Source: Vicugna vicugna
Taxonomy: Eukaryota
Direction: 5' to 3'
Assembly (NCBI GenBank): GCA_013265495.1
Contig: MU057887.1
Span: 755,985 to 819,984 of the forward strand
DNA length: 64,000 nt
Shown: piece after piece, positions 39,587-52,934 of the stretch
How the letters are laid out: each line of letters starts with the position of its first letter
How positions within the stretch are numbered: position 1 is the stretch's first letter
Program-made: the position numbers and the translations under genes
The notes under the pieces: generated by a model
What the model was told of the DNA's origin: nothing
What the model saw: only the letters and a program-made list of their open reading frames with translations
Database searches by the model: none

Positions 39587-40514
39587 TCACAACTTTAAAG
39601 TCTGTAGCTTAGAAAATTTTGAACATGATCAGTTCTCATTTTAAAGGTCTTTATCTTTGGTTCTTCCCTTGAGCAGATATTGGGTGAGAAGGTCAGTGCA
39701 GTGAATCCTGAGTGAAAGCTGAGAATGTACTTGTAACTTTATGCAGGACCCTGGAATGAAGAGTACTTGATATTTAGAAAAACAGTCCCAGCAACTAACA
39801 TATAAAAACTTATGCATAGTTGACAACTATTTAAATGACCATTTCTGAGTTGCCAGAAAAAAAATCTACCTCCCACTGGCATTCCGACATCGTTGCTTTG
39901 TGTGTGTAATGCTATTTGCAGTCAGTATCAGACATTAAATGTTACGCCACAGGTGGTGTAGCGAAGAATCCCAGTTGTCCATGCGGGCGTCCCGATAGAG
40001 CACTGTCTCTGCCTGCGCGTGTAAGTCGTGAGTGACGGTTCTTACCCTCTCAGTAGTTGTAAAGTTAAAGTGAAAATGCAGCGCTCTCCTCGCTGGTGGA
40101 TGTTTACTGTTTGTTGGATGGAAGAAGGAACGAGTGGACTTTACGCCCAATCACTTTGAACTGGAAGCAGCATGAGGACCCAGACCCTAACGCAGGGTGT
40201 GAGCTCGCCTGAGACTTCTTCCCAGAGAGGCTGCTGGAGCAGCGGCCGTCGGGGAGCGTTCCCGGAGGCACGCGCCACGGAAGTCAGGGGTTTTTAGGTG
40301 AACGGGGCCTCCGCCCAGGCACTAACCCTCTGTGGGCCTCTCCTTCCTTCCTTCTAAAATTAAGGAATTGGTTTAGGGTAGAAGTTTCCAGACTTCTGAA
40401 TTTTGTGTCCATATGTTGCTTTAAAGGCATGAGGACGTGATTACACACTCACTGGAGTGGTTAGTTTGGCACAGGGACCGTTGGGCAGCAAAGCTGTTGT
40501 CCTGCTGTCTGCCC

Positions 40515-40736
40515 GCCTGAACCCCCTCTCCCTGCCTGAGCCCCTTCTTGCCTGAACCCCCTCTCCCTGCCTGAACCCCCTCTCCCTGCCTGAGCCCCTT
40601 CTCCCTGCCTGGGCTCTATCTCCCTGCCTGAGCCCCTTCTTGCCTGAACCCCCTCTCCCTGCCTGAACCCCCTCTCCCTGCTTGAACCCCCTCTCCCTGC
40701 CTGAGCCCCGTCTACCTGCCTGAGCTCCATCTACCT
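40515..40736. repeat. 19-bp minisatellite, 12 units
   Basis: Unit gcctgaaccccctctccct with 16-bp variants gcctgagccccttctt. Confidence 0.95.
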
Positions 40737-40871
40737 CTTCCACCCTCTGGTGAGCAGCCTGGGGAGATGTCATTCTTGCCCTTTATTCTGATGACTTTGC
40801 CTTTTTATTTAGATTTGTTTGAGGTGAATGAGCCAGTATTCAATTCTGGTGACGTGTATAGCATATGGTTT

Positions 40872-41025
40872 ATTTATTTTTTAATTTATTTTATTTTTTT
40901 TTATTGAAGTGCAGTTGATTTACAATATTAGTTTCAGATGTACAGCAAAGTGATTCAGTCATATGTATGTTTCCAGACTCTTTCCCAATATAGCTCATTA
41001 CAGGAAATTGAACACAGTTCCCTGT
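40872..41025 (-). mobile_element. Short L1 3' tail, antisense
   Basis: PolyT + 'ttattgaagtgcagttgatttacaatattagtttcagatgtacagc'; TSD agca(t/c)atggttt 40860-71 / 41029-40. Confidence 0.85.
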
Positions 41026-41489
41026 TAAAGCACATGGTTTTGCGTTTGACCGGTTACCCGGTGGGCACAGGCTTGAAGTCGTCCCTGCTCAGTGCTTGTC
41101 TGAGTAACTCAGAGGTGCAGAGGAGCGCGTAGGACATCTCGCTGAAACACGAACAGCCCCTCTGCCTCTCTGCGTGCTCAGATCCTGCAAATCCGAGAGC
41201 TGCCTGTCTGCACCTGCCTGGTTTGGGGCCTGGCGTCCACTGAGGCGTGGTGCCCAAGCTGTGCGGCTCCGTCTTCCTGAGGGCCTGCCATGAGGACGTG
41301 GCTAAGAGCCTTGTCCACTGTCACAGGAGAACGGGCTTGGTCTCTGTGCAGAGAGTAAGTGCCTGTTTCATGAGGACCTGATTTGCTTTTTCTTGGGAAA
41401 CCTGTGGAGTAGAAACTGCTCCTACTTTGTGCAGGCTTCTAGGAAATTCAGAAAACGTATAGATGCTGGCTTCAAACATAAGTTAAGTA

Positions 41490-42560
41490 ACTCAGTAATT
41501 ATTGATTGAGATTTTGAAGTGTGCCAGGTACTGTTCATGGCATTGGAGATTCAGAATTAGTAAGACATTACGTTTTAGTGAGAGAGACAGATAATGAGCC
41601 AAAAAACCTCAAATAAAGGTATAACAAGTGCCAGACAAATTGAAGAAAAATACACAGCACATCTGTGTGCTAAGTTGTCCCTTATGGTGGTACTTGACTC
41701 AAATACTCTATAGAATCAGCTGTTTTATGAGTAGTAATTTACATATGATGGTGCAGAGGACAGACCATGGACAGAACAAGAACGTCGGGTCTTGACTAAG
41801 TGCTCTGGTGAGGTGAGGTGACGTGGAGTGACCGTGCTGCTTTAAAATCTGAAGATCAAGGAAACCTCTTCTGAGTTGGTGACACTTGAACTGAAAACTC
41901 AGTAGCCGACCAGTGGAGGAGACCCGTGGGTGGAGGTGGACACGGGCTGGGGAGAGCAGGCCGGCAGTGAGCACACGGGGCGCAGAGACCCCACGGCAGA
42001 GACCTCGGCGGGACGAGGGAGCCCAGGATTGGGACAGCGTCATGGGGGCAGGGGAGGCGTGGGACACGCAGTCCATGAGGTGCCCGGAGGCCAGTTACGT
42101 GGGGCTTGTAAACCAGGAAAAGGAGATCAATTTACTCACTGCCACAAGAGTTGATGCGAGAGTTTGAAGCAAGGTGTGCAACAACCTGGTTTGTGTTTAA
42201 CAAGACCCCTCTGCTTGCGGGACAGAGGTTGAGCAGTGGGGAGGAGGGGGAGGGATGCAGGCTGGGCCCCTGCTGGGAGGCAGCGGCTGTCCAGCTGGAG
42301 CCACTGGCTCAGGCGAGAGTGGTAGCGGTGGGGATGGAGAGGAATGCGTGGATCGCACATGATCTGCTTCTGTGATGGGTTAGATTTTGGGGTGAGGTGG
42401 GGGAGGGAAGGCGAGGGCAGCAGCAGGTTTTGGGCCTGTTTGGGTGAGTGAGGTAGTTGGAACAGTGTCGGGGGGGTCGCGGTGTCAGAGTGCTATTTTG
42501 TCATGTTAAATTCAAGGTGCCCACCCTGCAGCTGAGCAGGGAGGTCCTGTAGTGCAACCA
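41490..42560 (-). mobile_element. L2 LINE fragment, antisense
   Basis: 'ttattgattgag...gtgtgccaggtactgttc..ggcattggagattcag', 'aggaaacctcttctgagttggtgacacttgaactga'. Confidence 0.6.
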
Positions 42561-43129
42561 GCACAGACATTCCAGAAGTGGCGGCCAGGGAAGCCTGCAT
42601 TGGACGGCGGGCTCTCCCAGCCGGTGGCGAGGGAGGACCAGGGACACGAGACTCAAACGGAAGTCGTAGGATGGCTTGGGTGGGGAGTGGTGCTGGGGTT
42701 GTGGAGAGAGAAAGGACTCCCTCCGCAGCGTTTAGTTACTCTTTGCAAGGAAGCAGTGAGGACCGCGTTTCAGTGACCAGACTTTGACCTAGACTGCAGG
42801 CTCCCTGCATTACTGTGTCACTGAGGTGCTGCGATAGGCCAAGTTAGTTCATCTCGTTTCTGTTTCTCTGTATCTGTTTGAGAAGAGATGGGAGCGATTT
42901 ATTACTAAGTTATGCTGGAGAAATGACTGAACTTGCCTGCCTAGAAGTAGCTACCATTAAAATAAAGCTTACCTGGCTCCCCACCATCCGCTGTCTCCCC
43001 TCGAAACCTGAGGAGCCTGGGCAGCTGAGTGATTTCCCCCAGGATATGACAGTGCTTTCTCTCTTCAGCAGAATATCTAGTAAATAGATATAAATTTGAG
43101 GTTACTTTGCCTAGATACACTCCTCAGAA

Positions 43130-44100
43130 TGTACATCTAACTTTTTGGTAGGTGATACATTCATATAGTTCTAACGTCACAACGCACAGTCTCCCTCCCG
43201 CCCAGCTGGTCCCCCCGCCCCCACCCCTAAGCTGGGAAACTCTCGTTTCTTTTTCTCACCACACTTTTGGGCCTCTTGCTTTTTTTCTATCTAAATAGAA
43301 TATTTTTCACACTTTTCCGCATCAGTATGTGAAGAACTTCCTCACTGTTTTAACTTCCATTGTGTGTATTTAATCAGTCCCTTCTCGGTGAACATTTAGG
43401 TGAACAATTTTCCATAGCTACAGAGTGCTGCAGCGCGTGGCCTTGTTCACACACGTCACACTGCCTGTGGGCAAGTGTGCTTGTGAGGTGAATCGTAAGT
43501 ATGATGGCTAGGTCAAAGAGGACGTGCTCTTGAAATTTTGACACACCCTTCCCAGTTGTCCTCCATAGGTGCCGCACAGCGTGCGCGCCCCGAGGCGCAG
43601 GCCGAGTGTGCCTGGTTTCCTGTGTCGTTGCTAGCAGGGTGTATTATCAAAGGTTTGGATTGGCCAATTCGGCCAGGTTTAAAATAGCATCATTGTGTAG
43701 TTTTATTTTGTTATTTTTCTTGTTATGGGGTTGAGTATCTGTTTATATATTGAAGAGGTAAATGTTATGGACAATCTCATTTTCTTCATCCGTTTTTCTG
43801 TTAGGATATCAGTCTTTTCTGTATCTACATGCAGGAGTATTTTCTACATTAGGGCTATTAGTCCTTTGTATAAAATAAAACTCCAGTTTTTCTCGCTTTT
43901 TTGTCTTTTGACTTTGCTTGTGGCACTTTTCTTCATGTTAAGTTTTTTTATTTGTTAGCAGGTGAAATTGCCAATCTTTTTTATGTCTTACAGATTTTTG
44001 GTAATGGCTGTGAAGGCCTTTCCTCTATTTAGATTTTCTTCCGGAATTGCGTCACTTCAGTTTTGATGTTTAAATGTTTGATCTGCTTGGTCTAAAGGTT
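43130..44100 (-). mobile_element. L1ME-like fragment, antisense
   Basis: 'tttaatcagtcccttctcggtgaacatttagg', 'ggctaggtcaaagagg', 'cattgtgtagttttattttg'. Confidence 0.6.
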
Positions 44101-44539
44101 ACAGTAGGGGTCTGCTTTCATCTTTGCTTCAGACAACGCTGGTGGTCACAGCGGCAGAGCACCGGGGCAGCCCCATCTTTCCGCGGTCTTTGCCCCATTC
44201 CCTGCTCCCTCAGCCACCCTGACACGTGGAGAACCCTTTCAGCTCAAGTTCCGCTTCTTCAGCGCACATTCCGGCTTGTCGAACTTACTTCACTGTCTCA
44301 GTCTAGTTGGGCCTTAAGAATTTTATAAACATGTTGATCAAATTACATTTGTCATGCATTTTTTAGGGTATTTTGTTTGTTTAAAGAAGAAATTCTCTAA
44401 ATTGCATTCTATTCCCACAGCCTGATTGATTGGGTTTGTTGTCTGTTGTCTGAAAACTGTTGTTTTATGTGTTTTGTCTGCATTTAAGGTATAGGAGGGT
44501 CCGTTGTTAGTGTGTTATGCCTGAAGTTGGAAGTGATAG

Positions 44540-45250
44540 TTGGAGATGTTAACACGTGCTTTTCAGCCACTGATAGAAGCAGGCAGACGTCAGTGTAGAT
44601 GTAGGTGGTCCCAGTGGTGCTGAGATAGGTAACCACCTCCACCTGAGTGTTGTTCATGGACGTCGACCCAGGACTTGCACTCTCTTTTTAACTGCATGTA
44701 TTATGTTCCCCGAGATGGACCACAGTCTGGGCCATACAGAGTCTCAGTATATGTATGAAGAGGATTGAAAACATACTGAGTCTATTCCCTGATCATAGTG
44801 AGCCTAGAAAACCATAACAAGATGATCTAGAAAAAGTCTTAAGTTTTGGAAATGAGCACTTCTAAATAATCGATTTGTCAAAGAGGAAATCACAAGGCAG
44901 AGGAGAAAATCTTTTGAACTGAAGACAAGTGAAAGTATAACGTGTGTGGGATGAAGCTAAAGCATCGTGTAGAGGGAAATTTATAGCGTTAAGTGTCTGC
45001 ATCAGAAAAGAAAGGTCTGAAATCAGTGACTTAAGGTTCTGCTTTATGAAGATAGAAAGAGAAGAGTACAGTAAACCCTCAGTAGGAAGAAGAAAATAAT
45101 AAAAGATAAGGTTAAGTCAATCAAATGGGAAACAGAAAAACAACAGAAAAAATTAACAAAAGCAAAGTTGGCTCTTTTAAGAAGATCAGCAAAATGGATT
45201 GAGAAGAAAGAAGGAGCACTGATAATCAGTATCAGGAAAGAAGGCATGGT
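44540..45250 (+). mobile_element. L1M ORF2 (endonuclease-region) fragment, sense
   Basis: 'gatggaccacagtctgggccatac', 'cacttctaaataatcgatttgtcaaagaggaaatcacaagg', 'gtgtgggatgaagctaaagca..gtagagggaaatttatagc'. Confidence 0.8.
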
Positions 45251-45758
45251 TGTCCCTTCATAAACTCAGACTCTGGTGAGGGAGCTCTGCAGCCGGCAGC
45301 TCTGTGGCCGAGGGCAGCCTTCCGCGGCGTCCCCGGGCAGGAGCGTCCTGTCCTGCGTTCCTCTTGGAAGCCCCGTGCTGTTGTGTAGTTACAGTGCCCC
45401 GAGCGCACCGCTGTTCCTTCCTTCCTGCTGTTTTTCCAGGTCCTTTTTTGTCACCTCTTGTCTAACGCTCCCCCCTCCCTCTTCTACCTGGGATTCACCT
45501 AACTCCCGATCTTCCCGCCCCATCCGTCACCCCCTCTTCCCCCAGCTCTCCGGTTAGTTAGATAAACTGTGTTGTTTCTGTAATTCATGATCTGCGTCTG
45601 TATGTTGCACGTAAGACATTTTTCTCATATAATTATCTGCGTGCATGTCTTTCTCCACTGGTAGAGTTTGGAATTATGGCTTGGGACGTAGCCCCTGGCA
45701 CACAGTATTTGGAACATTGTGAGGTTTTTAAAATTAATTTGTTGTTGTTGTTTTTTTG

Positions 45759-45868
45759 GGGGGGCGATAATTAGGTTTATTTATTTATTTTAATGGTGGT
45801 GCTGGGAATTGAACCCAGGACCTGTGCATGCTAAGCACACGATCTACCACTGAGCTGTATCCTCCCCT
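45759..45868 (-). mobile_element. Vic-1-like SINE
   Basis: 'taattaggtttatttatttattttaatggtggtgctgggaattgaacccaggacctgtgcatgctaagcacacgatctaccactgagct'. Confidence 0.85.
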
Positions 45869-47007
45869 GCTTTGAAACAATGTGTTGAATGAATGTGGAA
45901 TGCATGTGGGAAAATGTTTTGAGCTCCAAGTAGTTGAATTATGAATGAACTTCAGGATCACAATTTTGTGAACCTGACTTGAAAACACAAGAATTTCTGT
46001 TGTTGCAGTTTGATGACCTACCCAAACTGATGTGAGAATTGAGAGTTTTGAAAATACTATCCGTTACTAAATATTTTGCATCAGTGTTGATCAGTTATTT
46101 GACAGATTGTGGAAAACAGAATATGTGTTTAGATTTTTGTTTTTATATGAAGTAACAGTGTGTTATGGTAGTTAAAAAGCTTCATATGGCTATCATACTT
46201 AAAAGACATGCTTTTATTATGTTATTTATTAAGATGCAATTAAGTAAATCATGTTTGTAAATATATTTAATGCTTTACTGTCATGCTTATTACTATAACC
46301 TTGGCTATGAATACTGTCTTCTTTAGTTCTTAAGTCTTCAGATGCCCTCGGGTAAATATGACTCAGAATTAATTAATAGGACTGTGCAGTCTTTTTAGTT
46401 GTCACAGTGGCACTTTGAAGAAGTCTGCTCATAATCTTTGCCTCGGGGTTTCCCAAGTTGATCTCCAAGTTTAGGTTTGCTTGACAGTGAGGATGTTTTC
46501 TTGGTAACTTGAGAGCCTTACGGAGGAGATAAGCAGCCAGTATTCACAACTGTTGCTGGAATATGTTTAAATAAAAAGCACGGCACGTCCGTTTCTCTGG
46601 TTAATCTGAGCACTGCGCTTCGGCTACAACAGTTAGTGTGAGCTGTTCACCTGAGCCTGTAGATGACTTTCATTTTACTGTTTAAACTATAGTGAAGTAT
46701 TTTCTTTTTTCAACTTAGATAAAAACTTTTCTAATAGGCCCTTTCCTCCAGTTGAATAAATTTGAATCATTTCAACATACTTTTCAGAAGTAAAATTGGA
46801 GAAAAACATTTTGAGGGTTTTTATTTTCTTTTAGCTGCTAATAGAAAAATAGTATGTGAACCTCTTTAAGCATTTTAAGATTCCAGCTAATCAAAAAATC
46901 AATAAACAGGAGTGCTCTTACGTATAAGATTTGCCTGTAAAGTAGATAAGGCCGTGTCTATTTTGCTATGTGTCTAGTAACCGAACCTTTTCCTCCTTTT
47001 TCCTTAG

Positions 47008-47088
47008 GTTCTTGATTATTACAGACCATTTTCTGAAAAGCCCGGAATTGGTTAAAGCCATGTATGCCAAAATGAGCAATCAAGAAAG
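47008..47088 (+). CDS. ATXN10: Ataxin-10 exon 6 (81 nt)
   Basis: Strong polypyrimidine tract + TAG; FLIITDHFLKSPELVKAMYAKMSNQE; donor AG|GTAAC at 47089. Confidence 0.96.
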
Positions 47089-48759
47089 GTAACCCCCCAA
47101 ACCAGTGTGGTTTTGAGTATTTAGCATTCCATATAGAGTATCCTGTACACATGACTGAAAAACTGTGTGGTTTCTTTGTTGGCACAAAATCTCTAACTAC
47201 ATGTTTCTGTGTCAGTAATGGTTTTAAATTGGTTGGTTAACATTACAGCTCAGCCACCACGGGCAGTCATTTACGTGGGGTTGCAGAATCCAGGTTGACG
47301 CCATTATTCTGAGAAAGCATATTAAAAAACGTTCAGAACAAAATGTTATGGCTTGTCCCTCGATTTTATAGTGGTGATTCACGCAGCCGTGTGTTAGAGA
47401 TGCATGTATGAAGTGTGCTTACCTGTGCACCCCCCTGCCTGTGTTGATTTGGGGTACGCTTGGCTGGGTTTATCATTTTCTGGGAGGTATTTTAAACTGA
47501 AAGACAGTCGGTGCCCATCTGTGACCCTCACCGCTCTGTGGCTTCAGAGCTCAGAGACCTTGGCCCTGCACCTTGGTGTGAGAGTTACTCTTTATGTGAC
47601 CTTAGCCGGGACTTTTGCCTTGTTTGTGTTCAGTTTTCTGAGGACTGAAGACAATGATTCCTAGTCCTCTTTCCATTCCAATAGGGTGTGATTTTCCTAA
47701 CCTTTTTGGAAATGCTGCCTTAGGAAAGTAAAGCTTATGCAGAAATCACAGATCTAATAATGATCAAAAACTTTAAAAAATGTTAATCTTTTGATTGTAG
47801 TCACAATTTTTATAATTGCTGTGGTTTTGAAATTCTTAACTATACATCTGAGTTCCAACAGTTAATCTTTGTGCACCCCTTTGTAGTCTTAAGCAGTGTT
47901 TTTTTCTTCTTTAATATCTTTGACAAAAAAGGAAAAGTTCGTCTTTTAAGTCAGTTTAAATGCCATCTTTATAAATCTGGTGCCCCTGCCACCACCATCA
48001 TATTGCAGAGAAAGAATTACTTGTAGTTTTTTTTTACCTGGAATAAGTACTATGAAGAACAGTGCTATAAATTAGTAAGTTGCTTTGCAGTAAGGAACAT
48101 CTGAAAACAGAATACACAGTTTAATTGTATTTTAATGTTCAAGCTTATATTTTCCACATTCCTATCAAATGATCTACTGGTAACTGATCCATTACCTAGC
48201 CAAATGAGGACGGCACACTAAACATTTTCCGTTTTTATTTATGCAAGAGTGGTTCTGCTTCCCTAAGGCTCACATGTCACCTCCTCCCCTTCATTTTTCT
48301 TCTGAAGGAGAAGTGCTTTTCTTTTATCACATCGTTTGTGACACGTCATGTCACGTCACGTACCTGCTTGCTAACTGTGTGACACTGGCATTAAGAGTGT
48401 TAGCTCCATGCGGGCCAGGATTTGATCTTTTCTGTTCTGTGATGTTCACATTTCTTAGCCATGCTTAGCACATAGCAGGCACTGAAGTGTTCGAATGAGA
48501 GCTTGAGTGAATGAATGAATTTTCTTGCTCGTGAGGAAGAGTTTTATCTAGAACATCGATTAATGTCACCTCACCTGCTGGGTTGGAGACCTCGCAGTAG
48601 TCCTGTCCCCACCGTGTCCTCTGCTGTCCGTGCCACGCTGGTCAGTGTGCCTTCCCGAGGACACCAGCCGAGTGTGCTGTTGAGTTTGCTCTCTCGTCAC
48701 AGCCCTGGTTTGCATATCGCCTTTGCGTGGACTTTGGCTGTAGCCTCCTTATGAGCTCT

Positions 48760-49445
48760 GAGAAAACGTACATCGTATGAAATTCACCACTGTAACCTTT
48801 CTTAAATGGACAGTTCAGTAGTTTAAGTGCATGTACAATGTCTGGCAGCCAGTCTGCAGAGCTGGTTCATCTTGCGACATTGAAACTATACCCATAAACA
48901 GCCACCCATTTCCCCCTCCTCCGGCCCCTGGCCCCCCTCGTGCTACTTTCTGTCTCTGAACTTGACTCCTCTGCGTACAGGTGGTCCTTGGACAATGCTG
49001 GGGTTAGAGGCGCTGACCACCAGGGCAGTGGAAAATCTGAGCATAACTTACCGTCGGCCCTCTGCATCCACGGTCGCTCCACACTCTTGGATTCAACCAA
49101 CTGCAGAGTGTGTGCTACTGTAGTACCTGTTTACTGAAAAAATTCCACATGTAAGTGGACCCACACAGTTCAAATCCATGTTGCTCAAGGGTCAGCTGTA
49201 CGTCGTGCAAGTGAATCACACAGTATTTGCCCTCGTGCGGCTGGTGTGTTTCACTTAGCGTAGTGTCCTTAAGGTTAGCCACCTTACAGCGTGGGTCGGA
49301 GTTTCCTTCCTTTCGAAGGCCGAGTCCCACTGCACTGTGTGCATATGTCACGCTTTGCTTGTCTGCTCATCGGTCGTGGACAGCTGGGTTGCTGCCACCT
49401 TTCAGCTGTGACGAACAGTGCGGCTGAGAAGATGGGTGGACAGTA
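48760..49445 (-). mobile_element. L1MB-like 3' end, antisense (split by a Tigger MITE)
   Basis: 'aaattcaccactgtaacc', 'ctactttctgtctctgaacttgact', 'aagtgaatcacacagtatttg...tttcacttagc'. Confidence 0.8.
48978..49198 (-). mobile_element. TcMar-Tigger MITE (MER8/Tigger2-like)
   Basis: TA TSDs at 48976-77 and 49199-200; TIRs caggtggtccttggacaa / ttgctcaagggtcagctg. Confidence 0.85.
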
Positions 49446-50764
49446 GCCAGCAGTCTGATCGACCTGGTTTCTGTTTCTCCTCCTCCGCTGTCACCTGCCG
49501 TACCACCGGCATGGCTCTTGTCCCGCCGCTTTAGTGGCCTCTGTCACGTGTTCCAGGAGGCAGTTAAATTCCACGTACGGTGCGCAGGCCCTTTTAAAGT
49601 GTATCTTTGTTTCCAATCCCCGTTCTCTTCCCCGGTCACCGCGCTGGCGTCTCGCAGGACTGCTCTCAGTGTCCAGGCCTTGCCTGCGCTTCGTGCCGGG
49701 AGTGGCCTGACCCCCGCCTCCCCTGCTGGACACGCACTCATGGTCGAGCGGCCGTAGCGGGTGCTGCCTCCTCTCTGTTGGCTCCTCTGACTTTCCCAGG
49801 CAGAGTGCTGTGCGTCCTCATCTGCAGGTTCATTGTAATTATTTGTTCTCATGCTAGAATATGTATTCTTCAAGGACAGAGACTGAATCTTATGAGTTCT
49901 CTATTATAAACACCCACCAGAAGCAGTGTTGCAACAGTGTTGGAACGAAATAGTCAGCCAGTAGCTGGCACTTACTGGGCCATGTCTTTAAGATGATGTC
50001 TCTGTTGATACTTCAGACAGCAGACGGCTCCGGCAGCCAAGGATAGGTGGTTTGCTGCATCGGCCTGGCTTCTGGGGAAGTGCATCGTGGGAAGTGTTGA
50101 GTCCAGATCCTTGTCTTTGCTCAATGGCAGGGCTGAGCTTGAGGACCGCCAGTGCTTCTGAATTGTAGCCATCAGCTCGGTCAGACACAGCTCTGCTTCC
50201 TTGTTTCATGCGTGTTCTGTGGGGAGAAGGTGTCACATAGTAACATGGAAACCTCTGGGGCACTGACACCCTGGAAGGGCACCGTTATGGGGCTGCCGGG
50301 GCAGAGGAGGTGTCTGTGGCGTGCTGAACACCGAGAACGCCGGAGCTGCCCGACCCAGTGGTATTCCAGACCGGAACACTGCTCTGCTTTCAGTAGAATT
50401 TTGTCATGTGGGTGAGAGTAATCTGATCATTTCAGAGTCAAAACAGTGTCAGTCAAAACCAGCTTCACATCCTTGGTATATGGGGGGCAGCAGAGATAAG
50501 CCTCTGTGAATCCTGTGCCCGAGGCCAAGAGGTCAGGATTCCACAGAGCCGCGGCAGCTGCTCCCAGGACGGGAGGTCGGAGAAGCGACTGCTGTCTTCA
50601 GGCACCAGACTCTGAGTTACAGTCCTTCCAGGCACAAGATGTTAAGGTGTAATTCTAGGGTAAGACCTTGCTCTTTTCAAAATGCTTGTTTTACATGAGG
50701 ATATGTGGTGAGTCAGAACTTTAACGTTTAACTGACCACATCCTAAGTCTAAAAAATGTCACTT

Positions 50765-50866
50765 TAAGAATATGAAAACGAATATATGTATGTATATGCA
50801 TGACTGGGCCGTTGTGCTGTGCACCAGAGATTACACGTTGTAAGTGATTGTACGTAGTTAAAAACA
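50765..50866 (+). mobile_element. Short L1 3' tail, sense
   Basis: 'gaatatgaaaacgaatatatgtatgtatatgcatgactggg..gttgtgctgtgcaccagagatt', same 3'UTR type as 5020-5128; flanked by 'gtcactt' direct repeats. Confidence 0.8.
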
Positions 50867-52934
50867 GAAGTCACTTCAGAACCAGCTCCACCTTTGTTCC
50901 ACATTTTGTGCTGTTGTAATTAGTTTTACTATGGATGTGTTATCAGCAAAAACATTTCAAATTTTTTAACAAACAAACATGTACACAGCTTTTGTCACGT
51001 AAGTCAGGCACTGTTCTCAGCACTCAGCAGACACTGACTCTTTCATCACATCAGCCCTGGAAGACGACGGGCACTTCCACTGTCCCTGATTGTGGAAGAG
51101 GGCATGCGGCCTCCCCAGGACCGCACAGGTGGGAGGCGGCAGGGCTGGGGCCCAGCCCGGGCAGCCCGGCTCGAGTCCGCGCTGACAGCCCCTGCACGTT
51201 GCTGCCTGCGGCCAAAGACCGTGGAGGTGAGACGGCGTCTGCGCTGCGCGGAGAAACGCAAGATGCCCAGCAGCGCGCTGTCCGAGGACACGCTGCTTGA
51301 ACACCAGCGAGAAGAGACAGGATGGTCCTCCTTCATCTGGGTGTTTCTCTTTCAGGACGTCTGTCTAGTGCACGCCCCTGACACTGATGCCGTGCCAGAC
51401 ATGCTGTTTTGGGTGCCATGGTCAGTCGGCAAGCGTTAGCTCAGTGAACCAGTGAAGAATCCAGTGACGATCTAAGTCCAGTTTCATCGGAGGCAGGTCA
51501 TACCGGAAGTGGGTCTTTGTAGTTCATATTTCACGTGGTAATGTGGCCTCAGCCAGATTTCCAGCTGCAGCAAACTCCGTTTTCAAGACGCATCAACCAA
51601 AAATATTCTGGCTCAAGATTTGTACTTTTGTTTCTTGTGCCCTCTAAATTGCACATAGGCACATATGGAAGCAGTTACACCAGCAAATTTTTGATGTATT
51701 TGACCACTTAGGATTAAAGGAAACGGGGCCTACATGCAGAAAGACGTGGTGCTTTCCCCGGGAAGGAAAGGCGACGAGGACTCTCCCCTCTGTGGTTCTG
51801 TCGTAGTGTGCTGCTTTGATTTGCTTCGTTTCAGTGAGTGGCTTTTGAGTCCTTGCTCTGCACAGGGCACTGCCCCTTGTTCTTCAGGGAGATGCCGAGG
51901 TTAACTAGACGCGCTGCCTTCCCTCAGGGATCCGGCAGCCGTTCTGTGGACCTCCCCGGAGAGCCCCAGCAGGGTATTAAGGGTGTCAATAACTATAACA
52001 CAAAACACACTCGGGAGCTGCCACCGGAGAGGGGCGGGAGTGCGGGGGAGGGGGGAGCTAGCACTCGTCTCTGGAGGCAGTAAGGACTTCGTGGAAGACG
52101 CACACTTGGCCGGCCTGCAGGGGAGTCGGTGTGCCCGGCACGTGTTCAGAAGGGAGTGTGGACGTTTTCTAGTTGAAAGAACAGCTCAGGACAAGCACAG
52201 ATGAAGGAGCCTGTGGGCGTGATTTTGGGAACGTGAGGAAGTCCGGTTTGGTTGGAGTAAAAGCTGCTGGAGAGGCAGCAGGGAGAGAGAAGACGGGGCA
52301 GACGGCAGGCGGAGGCTTCATTCTGGCAGCCTTTGGTTCATTCAACAAGGTGTTATTGCTGTACCCACTCAGCACACCTGGCCGGACCCCCTGCCTTTGT
52401 GGAGCTTGTCCCAGTGTTGAGAGTGACACAGAACAGGACGTCAAATACCGGCCCCGCCGGGTGTTGGTGCCTGCTCAGCTGGGCACAGGGACACCAGTGG
52501 TGTCAGCTCACTGCTCACAGACTGTCTGGGAGCGAGAGAGTCTGAGGTCGAGGGGTGAGCTGGGAGCACTGAATGAAACAGCTGGCTGCGGGCCGATGAG
52601 TTTTGTGCTGGGGGGTGGGAGGGGGTGGCTTTTTGGCAGGAGCTCCGGGAGTTCTGTGGAGAACTGGAGGCTCTTGGGTTCCCTCTTGACTCGTTTGGGG
52701 CAGTGGTGGACAATTCTCTGCTCAGAGTTGCACGTTGGCAGATTAATGGGATCGAAAAGATTAGTTTTTCTCAACAGGGATGTGTAGTGAATCAGCTTCT
52801 TTCCCGTGCATCTGGAATGGTGCTCTGAGAGCCAAGTCAGTCTCAGAATGTTCTCTGTGTTCTGTGATTCAGACGAGGGGCGTCACTGGGGGGTTTGGGG
52901 GGGTGCACATTGTGGTGCTGAGTCTCAGTTGGGA

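Noticed and set aside
40515..40736. CRISPR-like array or repetitive protein (ORFs 40441-40773)
   Set aside because: Head-to-tail units without unique spacers in a mammalian intron; the ORFs are just translated minisatellite.
47100..47180. Two TGTGGTTT RUNX-like motifs after exon 6
   Set aside because: Short motifs compatible with chance; no independent support from the sequence.
52173..52787. 204-aa ORF
   Set aside because: Overlaps L2-like GC-rich intronic sequence; no recognisable homology.
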